From NCBI GenBank assembly GCA_963769935.1, contig CAVYNY010000017.1:128001-192000 (forward strand): a stretch of DNA of 64,000 nucleotides. The letters are read 5' to 3'. The notes below the pieces were generated by a model. The model made no database searches, was not told the origin of the DNA, and saw only the letters and a list, made by a program, of their open reading frames with translations. This stretch comes from an uncultured delta proteobacterium. GTDB lineage: Bacteria > Desulfobacterota > Desulfobacteria > Desulfobacterales > JAFDCJ01. Position 1 is the stretch's first letter; each line of letters begins with the position of its first letter. The position numbers and the translations under genes were made by a program. This document shows, piece by piece, positions 56,208-64,000 of this stretch.

Positions 56208-58244
56208 TTAACCCGCTTCGGCCATTTTTTTGATTTCCTCGACGATGTCGGGGTTGGCCAGGGTGGTTACATCGCCCACATCCTTTTTGTTGGAAATGGC
56301 GCCCAGCACCCGCCGCATGATCTTGCCCGAACGAGTCTTGGGCATATCCCTTACAATCCAGACTTTACGCGGCTTGGCGATTTTGCCGATCTCTGTGCTA
56401 ATGGCGTCAGAAATTTTTTGTTCCAACTCTTTTGACGGCTCAAAGCCGGGTTTGAGCGACACAAAAAGATCCGGTTCGCGTCCCTTGATTTCATGGGCCA
56501 CCGGAACTACGGCCGCCTCGGCCACTTCCGGCACAGTCAATGCGGCAGATTCGATCTCTTTGGTGCCCAGGCGGTGACCGGAAACGTTGATCACGTCGTC
56601 AATGCGGCCCAGGATGCGGTAATAGCCGTCTTCGGCTTCCACGGCGGCATCGCCGGTCAAATACGGCCAATCCCGCCAGTCTTTGCTCTTGGGATTTTTG
56701 CAGTAGCGGGCATAATAGGTTTGCACAAAGCGGTCGCGATCGCCCCAGATGGTCTGAAATCCGCCGGGCCAGGGGTTCTGGATGCAGATATTGCCGGCTT
56801 TTCCGGCGCCCTTTTTAATGGCCTCCCCCTCGTCATCGTAGATGATGGGGTGGATGCCCGGTACGCCCCGGCCGGCACTGCCCGGTTTCATGGGTTCCAG
56901 CGCCGGCAGCGTGCTGCACAGGAAACCGCCTGTTTCCGTCTGCCACCAGGTGTCCACAATGGCCGCCTGACCTTTGCCGACCACATGGTAGTACCATTTC
57001 CAGACTTCCGGTTCGATGGGTTCGCCGACCGTGGTCATGTGTTTGAATTTATAATTGTACTTGGCCGGCTCGTCCGGACCGATCTTGCGCAAGGCACGGA
57101 TCGTAGTGGGGGCGGTGTGGAATATATTCACATCCAGTTCCTGGGCGATCCGCCAGGGTCGCCCCGGATCCGGGTAGTTGGGAACGCCTTCGTAAATGAC
57201 CGATGAGGCGCACAGCGCCAGGGGTCCATAAACGATGTAGGAGTGCCCCGTGATCCAGCCGATATCCGCCATGCACCAGTAAACGTCTTCCGGATGGATG
57301 TCCTGAACGTATTTGGAGGTACCGGCCGCATAGGCCAGATACCCGCCGGTGCTGTGCTGGCAACCTTTGGGCTTTCCCGTCGTCCCGCTGGTGTACATCA
57401 GAAACAGCGGGGCTTCGGCCGGCATGGGCACAGGGTCAACCCGCCGGCCGTAATATTCCTTCAGCACATCGTTGATAAAATAATCACGGCCCGCAACCAT
57501 GGGCGTGGGGCTCGATGCTTTGCCCGGATAGCGCTGCCAGACGAGCACCTTGTCGACTTTTTGGCCGTCTTTTTCGGCCAGCGCGACGGCGATGTCGGCG
57601 TTTTCCTTGTGATTCAACAGATTGCCGGCACGATAATAAGAATCCATGATGATGAGCACCCGGCTCTGGGAGTCGACAATCCGGTCGGCACTGGCCCTTC
57701 CGCTGAAACCGCCGAACACTTCGGAATGAATCACGCCCAGGCGGGCACAGGCCAGCATGGTAATTGGAAGTTCGGCCGACATGGGCATATGCAGGGTCAC
57801 CCGATCGCCGGCTTTTAACCCGGCAAAATCCCGCAGCAATGCGGCTAACTCGTTCACCCGCACGTAGAGTTCTTGATAAGTGATGTGTTCGATTTTTTCT
57901 TCTTCAAGTTCGGGGACAAAATGAATCGCGGTCTTGTTCTTGTTTTTGACCAGATGGCGATCGATGCAATTGTAGCTGGCGTTGATTTTACCGCCGACAA
58001 ACCACTTCCAGCAGGGTGCATCGCTGGTGTCCAGCATCGTATGCCAGTACTCGTCCCAGTCGAGCAGATCGGCATATTCCTTGAAACAATTAGGGAAGTT
58101 GTCTAAGCTGAACCGTTCATAGACGCCGGCATCGGTCATATTGGCCTGGGCAATAAATTCTGTGGAAGGATAATACATTTTTTCCTCCCCCCAATGAACT
58201 GCAATTTCGGCTTCGGAAGTTTCGACAATTTCCTTTTCAGCCAT
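56208..58244 (-). CDS. acs: Acetyl-CoA synthetase (AMP-forming)
   Basis: YTSGTTGKPKG, ADIGWITGHSY, VGEPI, DTWWQTETG, PKTRSGKIMRR; RBS GAGGAGG. Confidence 0.95.
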   Translation of the reverse strand: MAEKEIVETSEAEIAVHWGEEKMYYPSTEFIAQANMTDAGVYERFSLDNFPNCFKEYADLLDWDEYWHTMLDTSDAPCWKWFVGGKINASYNCIDRHLVKNKNKTAIHFVPELEEEKIEHITYQELYVRVNELAALLRDFAGLKAGDRVTLHMPMSAELPITMLACARLGVIHSEVFGGFSGRASADRIVDSQSRVLIIMDSYYRAGNLLNHKENADIAVALAEKDGQKVDKVLVWQRYPGKASSPTPMVAGRDYFINDVLKEYYGRRVDPVPMPAEAPLFLMYTSGTTGKPKGCQHSTGGYLAYAAGTSKYVQDIHPEDVYWCMADIGWITGHSYIVYGPLALCASSVIYEGVPNYPDPGRPWRIAQELDVNIFHTAPTTIRALRKIGPDEPAKYNYKFKHMTTVGEPIEPEVWKWYYHVVGKGQAAIVDTWWQTETGGFLCSTLPALEPMKPGSAGRGVPGIHPIIYDDEGEAIKKGAGKAGNICIQNPWPGGFQTIWGDRDRFVQTYYARYCKNPKSKDWRDWPYLTGDAAVEAEDGYYRILGRIDDVINVSGHRLGTKEIESAALTVPEVAEAAVVPVAHEIKGREPDLFVSLKPGFEPSKELEQKISDAISTEIGKIAKPRKVWIVRDMPKTRSGKIMRRVLGAISNKKDVGDVTTLANPDIVEEIKKMAEAG

Positions 58245-58628
58245 AATAGCCTCCTCTCTTTTCGCGGTTAAATATCAGGTTGGCTCATCTTCGCAAAAAA
58301 CAATAAGATTTCAGACGGTTATATAATTAATTGAATGGTATTCAATATTTCTTATCAATTTTATTAAATTATATTTATTCTATCCTTAGAATTACTTCAA
58401 TTGTTTTCGGTGTTCTATGATTATTGTTTATAATTTGTCAATATGATTTTTGTTCAGATGGTATTTTTTCCAAAAATATGAGAAGAAAACACGGCAGGAA
58501 TGTAAAAAAATACGCAGCATAAAATAATTAATCCGCCGGTGTTTGGTTAAACGACATTGTTCAAGTCTCAAAAATAAATTTACAGCCCCGAACGTACAAA
58601 TTTTCAGGCGGGATAATTAGCGCATTAA

Positions 58629-60017
58629 TTATCTGTAATCATCGGCATTAATCCGGTAGCGGCGCATAATCTGCTGCAGGGCCTGTCGTTCCAGCCCGCA
58701 GTGACGGGCGGCCTGGGAAACATTGCCGTCGTATTCTTTAAGCAGTTGGCCGATGAAGCTGTGATTGAATTGCTTTAAGGTTTTTTCTTTGGCCGTTTTG
58801 TAAGGCAAATCGTTGTCGGGGGACTCCACCCGCGGGATTGGTTTCGGGCTGCCGTCCAGGTTTACATCCCGGGGTTTGATTTCCTCGCCGGATGAAAACA
58901 GGATACCCTGCATGATGACGTTTTCCATCTCCCGCACGTTGCCCTCCCAGGTCTTCTGCAAAAATATATCCATCAGTTCAGGCGAAATCTTCTTGGAAGG
59001 TTTATCGAGCAAAAGACAGTGCTTTTCCAGCAGGTGGTTGGCAATCAGCGGGATGTCTTCCGGATGTTCCCGCAAGGCGGGAAGTTTGATGGGCAAAACA
59101 TTCAGTCGATAATAGACGTCTTCCCTGAATTCGCCGATTCTTATCTTTTCTGCGAGATTCTGGTTGGTCGAGGCGATAATCCGCACATCCACCGTAATCG
59201 ATTTGGTATCCCCCAGCGGTTTGATTTCTTTTTCCTGCAAAACCCGCAGGAGTTTGGTTTGAATGGCCAGGGTGATGTCGCCGATTTCATCCAGAAAGAT
59301 GGATCCTTTATGGGCTTCCTGAAACAATCCGATCTTGTCCTGGACGGCATGGGTGAAGGCGCCCTTTTTATAGCCGAACAATTCGCTTTCCAATATATTT
59401 TCCGGCAGGGTGGGACAGTTGACGGCTACAAAAGCATTTTGACTGCGGGGACTCAGAGCATGCACCGCCCGGGCCACCAGTTCTTTGCCGGTGCCGGATT
59501 CACCGGTGATCAGTATGGTTAAATCCGTTTTGGCCACCATCTGAATGGTTTCATACAGGCGGTTCATAATTTGACTGTTGCCGACCAGTTTGTGGAAAAC
59601 CTGCCGGTCCTGGCACTCCATCTGCAGTCTGAAATTTTCCTGTATCAGGCGGCTGCGTTCCAGGGCTTTCTCCAGTCGCACGAGGATGGTCTCATGATCA
59701 AACGGTTTGGAGATAAAATCGTAGGCACCGTTGCGCATGGCTTCCACCGCAGTCTCCACACCGCCGAAGGCCGTCATCATGACAACAGTCATATGTGGGC
59801 GATCGCGCCTGATCAGCTCCAACAGTTCCAGGCCGTTCATTTCCGGCATTTTGATGTCGGCCAGCACCAGGTCGAACGACTGTTGTGAAATTAACTGAAG
59901 GGCTTCTTTGCCGGACCGGGCGGTGGCGATGCGACATTTTAAATCGGGCTCCAGGCTGCGTTTGAGCAATTGGAGCATGTCGAGTTCATCATCGATGATA
60001 AGAATTGATTTTTGCAT
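58629..60017 (-). CDS. Sigma-54-dependent NtrC-family response regulator
   Basis: Receiver from MQKSILIIDDE (ATG 60017), GESGTGKE, GAFTHA, WEGNVRE, HTH. Confidence 0.94.
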   Translation of the reverse strand: MQKSILIIDDELDMLQLLKRSLEPDLKCRIATARSGKEALQLISQQSFDLVLADIKMPEMNGLELLELIRRDRPHMTVVMMTAFGGVETAVEAMRNGAYDFISKPFDHETILVRLEKALERSRLIQENFRLQMECQDRQVFHKLVGNSQIMNRLYETIQMVAKTDLTILITGESGTGKELVARAVHALSPRSQNAFVAVNCPTLPENILESELFGYKKGAFTHAVQDKIGLFQEAHKGSIFLDEIGDITLAIQTKLLRVLQEKEIKPLGDTKSITVDVRIIASTNQNLAEKIRIGEFREDVYYRLNVLPIKLPALREHPEDIPLIANHLLEKHCLLLDKPSKKISPELMDIFLQKTWEGNVREMENVIMQGILFSSGEEIKPRDVNLDGSPKPIPRVESPDNDLPYKTAKEKTLKQFNHSFIGQLLKEYDGNVSQAARHCGLERQALQQIMRRYRINADDYR

Positions 60018-61530
60018 GTCTGATCCTTGCGTTCGGTAAACCAAGCGGCAGCACGATGGTAAATGTCGACCCCTGTCCGACGACACTGTCGACCAGAATA
60101 TCGCCGCCGTGATTTTTAATGATGCCGTAACTGACGGAAAGGCCCAGGCCCGTGCCTTCACCGGTGGGCTTGGTGGTAAAGAAGGGATCAAATATACGCG
60201 CCAGATTCTTTTTTTCGATGCCGTGGCCGGTATCGGCTATCTTCACAACCACCTGGCCTTCAGACGGCTTCAGGCCGGTGGCAATGCGCAAGGTGCCCTT
60301 TCGGCCGATGGCATGCTTGGCATTCATGATCAGATTCATCAGCACCTGCTTAATCTTCTTCTCATCCAGCAGCATTGCCGGAACCGAGGCATCGTAATTC
60401 TTTTGGACCTCGATGTCTTCCAGACCGGCATGCTGTTGAATAAAATCCAGCACATCATCGATGGCTGCATCCACCCGAATGACATCTTCATTCGGTTTGG
60501 AACTGCGGGCAAAATTCAACAAATCCTCGACAATGGATTTACAGCTGCGCACATGTTTTTCGATGGTTTTGAGATCATTGTATTTTTCAGTCGCGGGCGG
60601 CTCATTGCGGATCAGCAGCTGGGTGTAGCCCAGGATAATTCCCAACGGATTGTTGATTTCATGGGCAATGCCGGCTGAAAGCTGTCCGATGGAGGCCAGC
60701 TTGTCGGCCTGGGCGATCTGCTCCTCGACCAGGCGTCGCTGTTCGATGTCCTTGATCAGAAAGTGAATCGTCGGCTCGCGGGCCGGCAGGCCGTCGTCAA
60801 GACTGCCGCTGACCAGCACCCGGATCTGTTTATCTTCCCGGTGCTTCAGGCTGAATTCCGCATTCGAAACAAAGCCGAAGCGCTCGACTATTTTTTGGAT
60901 TTCCTGCCAATCCGTTGGATTGGTAAAGAAGTCCGCCAGCGATTTTTGGTAGAAAGAAACATCGGTATCCCGGTAGCCGAATATTTTATAGCCGGCCGGG
61001 TTCATGTTGATGATCCTGCCGTCCCAGCGGGTCACCAGGATCATATCGCGCGACACTTCAAAAATTCGGCGATATTTGTGCTCGGACTGGGCCAGTTCCC
61101 GGGTGCGTTCGGCAATCAGATTTTCCAGATTCTGGTTGACAAACAGCAGTTCATCACGGACGGTCTGAAGCTCCTGCTTATCTTTGGATATCTGCTGGTA
61201 AATCTTCCAGATCCGCTCGAAAAAAAGGGTGACCGACGCCACAAATACAAACATCAATGTATTGATCGCACCGCTGTATGGGCGAATGGTTAACCAGACC
61301 GGTTCGTGGCCGGATAGCACCAGCATTTGCTTTAAAATGTGGCCGGCGGACCGCGAAACCGCAAAGCCCGTCAGACCCAGAATGACCCAGAACAAATAGG
61401 TCCAAATGACGTTGCTCTGATCCCGGGTTCTAAGCGCCCGCACGAGGTTCAGACACAGAAAAGAAAATACGATCATCAGGATCGAGCCGATAATATCTAT
61501 GACCCAGATGGGCAGCGATGTGACGATCAT
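59989..61530 (-). CDS. Membrane PAS sensor histidine kinase
   Basis: About 3 TM helices from ATG 61530, PAS, AHEINNPL, FFTTKPTGEGTGLGL. Confidence 0.92.
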   Translation of the reverse strand: MIVTSLPIWVIDIIGSILMIVFSFLCLNLVRALRTRDQSNVIWTYLFWVILGLTGFAVSRSAGHILKQMLVLSGHEPVWLTIRPYSGAINTLMFVFVASVTLFFERIWKIYQQISKDKQELQTVRDELLFVNQNLENLIAERTRELAQSEHKYRRIFEVSRDMILVTRWDGRIINMNPAGYKIFGYRDTDVSFYQKSLADFFTNPTDWQEIQKIVERFGFVSNAEFSLKHREDKQIRVLVSGSLDDGLPAREPTIHFLIKDIEQRRLVEEQIAQADKLASIGQLSAGIAHEINNPLGIILGYTQLLIRNEPPATEKYNDLKTIEKHVRSCKSIVEDLLNFARSSKPNEDVIRVDAAIDDVLDFIQQHAGLEDIEVQKNYDASVPAMLLDEKKIKQVLMNLIMNAKHAIGRKGTLRIATGLKPSEGQVVVKIADTGHGIEKKNLARIFDPFFTTKPTGEGTGLGLSVSYGIIKNHGGDILVDSVVGQGSTFTIVLPLGLPNARIRHAKINSYHR

Positions 61531-62021
61531 GGCTGAATCACCCCCCGGGTCTTCGTGGCGGTTTCCTTCAGCAGCCGTTTCAGCCCGAAGTAAAGAAAGA
61601 GAAGCGCCGGTACGCAGAGCAGGTGATCCAGTTTGGCGGCATAGTAAAACCAGGTGAGGGCGCCTGAATGATCGGCGGCGGTTATGCTGATTTCCCACGA
61701 ATTAATGCGCTGGACTTCGATGACCGGGATTTGTTCTTCCAGCAGGTGCACGCTGAAGGCGTCCAGGTTCCACAGGATAAAAAACAACGCCGCGTACTGG
61801 ATATATCGCCATCCGACCGCCTGCACCAGCTTTCTTTCCCGCAGCCAGTAAATTAAGACGCCCATGGAGATGATGAAAAAAATATGAGCCAGCTGATGGG
61901 CATACAGACCTTCAGGGGCGTTATGGGCCTGCGTGGCAAACGCCGGCTCGGTGATCAGAACCATGGCGCCGATCAACCATATTTTTTGAAGGTGCCGTTG
62001 CAATTGCAATACTCTACCCAA
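61527..62021 (-). CDS. Conserved hypothetical membrane protein
   Basis: Hydrophobic protein with His residues in TM segments (HQLAH, VH, DH); overlaps the kinase start by 4 bp. Start uncertain. Confidence 0.7.
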   Translation of the reverse strand: MGRVLQLQRHLQKIWLIGAMVLITEPAFATQAHNAPEGLYAHQLAHIFFIISMGVLIYWLRERKLVQAVGWRYIQYAALFFILWNLDAFSVHLLEEQIPVIEVQRINSWEISITAADHSGALTWFYYAAKLDHLLCVPALLFLYFGLKRLLKETATKTRGVIQP

Positions 62022-62065
62022 ATTTCAGGGTTTTAAGCCGGACCGTTGCGCGATGGTTGGGAAGT

Positions 62066-62632
62066 TTATTCGGTGTCGCAGTCGTTGAAGAGCTTCTGGA
62101 TTCCTTTGAAATACGGTAAATAAGGGCGCATATATTTAAAAAGAATTCGGCACAATATATATAGCGGAATAAATGTAAAGATATATCCGACCGACTTTCC
62201 GAAAATCAGCGACAATGGGAATGCCAGATCGAACTCCACCCCGGCAAATCGTGTCTGCATCCAACCCAGAGCAACAGGTATCGGCCAAAAAATTCCGGCG
62301 GAATAGGCAGCCATGGTAAAAAAGTGCTTCCCCCAGACGTCGGTTGCCTCTTTGTTTAAAGCCTTGTAGCCGTCCTTGTCCCCGGCGGCATAAGCCTCAA
62401 ATGCAAGCCTTTCCTTTTTCTTCATCTCCCTGGACATGGCATCCAGGTAGCGCTTGTTGAATCGGATGGCTAAAGAGACACTCAGCTCGCCGACAACAAC
62501 GCAGATGAAGGCCAGGACCATCGTTCCGATGAAATAGTCCACGAGGCTGTCGCCCGTGATTCTGTAAAAGGCGATCAGGAAGCTGTCGACCTGGAGGTTC
62601 AGTGTGTTGAGAATGCTGGACATATCCATCAA
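62066..62632 (-). CDS. Conserved hypothetical membrane protein
   Basis: TM-coiled coil-TM-TM layout, co-oriented within the TauE cassette. Confidence 0.75.
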   Translation of the reverse strand: MMDMSSILNTLNLQVDSFLIAFYRITGDSLVDYFIGTMVLAFICVVVGELSVSLAIRFNKRYLDAMSREMKKKERLAFEAYAAGDKDGYKALNKEATDVWGKHFFTMAAYSAGIFWPIPVALGWMQTRFAGVEFDLAFPLSLIFGKSVGYIFTFIPLYILCRILFKYMRPYLPYFKGIQKLFNDCDTE

Positions 62633-62745
62633 GATTAAACCTTAAATCGTCGAGGATGAAACTTTTTTATTCGCTCCCCCGCACCCCAGTGCGGCTGAAA
62701 GTATTTCGCCGCAGGAATTCCTCGAACTTGAGGCCGATTCGGGCG

Positions 62746-62779
62746 GTTCGGGGCCGGACTGGATTTTCCGGCCCCGAAC
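62746..62779. terminator. Strong hairpin downstream of the TauE gene
   Basis: Perfect 13-bp stem GTTCGGGGCCGGA / TCCGGCCCCGAAC; no clear T tract, so it may be a stabilising hairpin instead. Confidence 0.45.
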
Positions 62780-62803
62780 TTCCCGGTTGAGTCCGAAGAG
62801 CGA

Positions 62804-63946
62804 CTATAGCATTTGAATGCCGAAAAAGCCTCGCAGGGTGTATCTTAAGCCGATGTACAGGGCCAGCACAATGAAAATCCCCGTCAAGACCTTGGCCGGA
62901 ATGTACTTGCCGGTTCGCGGTCCGATCATGGAGCCGATGAAGATGCCGATCAATTCCATTCCGATCAGCGACCAATGCACCATGACGCCTTTCAAGACCA
63001 TAAAATTGAAGATGGCAAAGATCATGCCGATCAAGACGGAAAGCGCCGAAGTTCCCGCCACCACGAACATCGGCAGACCGACAACGCTGGTCAGAAAGGG
63101 AACGTATAAAAATCCCCCGCCGATACCCAGAAAAGAGGCAATGGCCGAGATGAAGAAACCGCCCACAAAGGCCCAGAGGGGGCTGAACGTGAATGTCTGA
63201 CCGAAAAAAGAGATTTCGGTTTTGACCAGGCTCCATTTCAGGGTTTTGACGCCCTGGTCTTCGATTTTGCCCTTTGACTTCGCCGTTTCTTCAAAAGCCT
63301 TGGCAGCGGCCTTGGCGGCTTGCTTGGAGGCCTGTCCCTTGGGCGTCATCTGGTAGACCATAAATCCGCCGATAACGAACACGCACAACCCGAACCATCC
63401 CTGGTATTGTGAAAATTTTATTTTACCGGCCGTCGTAAAGACCACCATCAAGGTGGCGAACAGGGCTCCCATCCCCAGGAAAACGCCGAGAGCCGGTACC
63501 AGCCTTTTTTGCCGGTGGTAATTGATGCTGGATACCAGGGCCGACAGCCCGACGAGCCATTGGTTGGAAACCCGGATGCTGTCGGTAATAAACTTGTTCA
63601 ACGCCGGTGCCGACGTCTTGAAGGATTTGGCATAGGTCCCGAGTCCGTAAATGGTCATGTGGCCGACGCCGGCCATGATGCCCCCGAAAGCCCCGACGGT
63701 GGAGAAGATCCATCCCACCCAAATGGCCCACAAAAGACCGATAATCGGGTTAAGCTTGGGGCCGCCCGGAATTCCCAGATACCCCTTTTCGGCATCGACA
63801 TTAATCTGCCCTTTTTCGGTGCCCTTGGCTGATTGGGAAATGGCCTGCTCCAGCGTTGCTGCGCCCGCATTGCCGGGCAGCAGCAACGGTGCCGCCAAGG
63901 CGAAAAACAGCAGAACCGAACAAAAAACCAAAATACTCTTCTTCAT
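62804..63946 (-). CDS. TauE/SafE (TSUP) family sulfite/sulfur-compound transporter
   Basis: VGWIFSTVGAFGG and IASFLGIGGGFLYVP..GTS repeats; RBS AAGGAGG before ATG 63946. Confidence 0.88.
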   Translation of the reverse strand: MKKSILVFCSVLLFFALAAPLLLPGNAGAATLEQAISQSAKGTEKGQINVDAEKGYLGIPGGPKLNPIIGLLWAIWVGWIFSTVGAFGGIMAGVGHMTIYGLGTYAKSFKTSAPALNKFITDSIRVSNQWLVGLSALVSSINYHRQKRLVPALGVFLGMGALFATLMVVFTTAGKIKFSQYQGWFGLCVFVIGGFMVYQMTPKGQASKQAAKAAAKAFEETAKSKGKIEDQGVKTLKWSLVKTEISFFGQTFTFSPLWAFVGGFFISAIASFLGIGGGFLYVPFLTSVVGLPMFVVAGTSALSVLIGMIFAIFNFMVLKGVMVHWSLIGMELIGIFIGSMIGPRTGKYIPAKVLTGIFIVLALYIGLRYTLRGFFGIQML

Positions 63947-64000
63947 ATCCTTCCTCCTTAGTAGTAGGATTAACATAATTGCCCGCATGGGCGTATGCAT

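Overview
Bacterial window with the gene content and intergenic repeat style of a Desulfobacterota, probably Desulfobacterales-like, anaerobe (taxonomy is inference). Bases 1-39.9 kb form a dense extracellular electron transfer (EET) island with 12 multiheme c-cytochrome genes plus a heme-motif sensor kinase, about 125 canonical CxxCH motifs by manual count. It holds an OmcS-type hexaheme nanowire gene behind a GEMM-I cyclic-dinucleotide riboswitch, a second shortened OmcS-like paralog, and genes matching the Geobacter omcS-companion (osc) machinery (PPIase chaperone, beta-propellers, beta-barrel, CsgG/PelC-like lipoproteins, 26- and 16-heme cytochromes). It also holds two tandem CbcBA-like cytochrome c/cytochrome b/triheme modules, two 20-heme paralogs sharing a probable gene-conversion tract, and ResB/CcsA maturation genes. 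Two bidirectional sigma-54 promoter regions 19.5 kb apart share the same tandem palindromic enhancer, and a heme-c sensor kinase/NtrC pair lies between them. Bases 40-44.5 kb hold accessory genes and gene remnants. Bases 45-58.3 kb are an acetate/propionate activation locus (acs, prpE-like, CrbS-like SLC5 kinase, DUF294 nucleotidyltransferase, and a pseudokinase-DEDDh exonuclease fusion). Bases 58.6-64 kb are a TauE/two-component cassette. Intergenic spaces carry nested REP/MITE-like and 7-8-mer palindromic repeats. No CRISPR array, rRNA or tRNA was recognised. All family calls come from motif recognition by eye; no searches were run.
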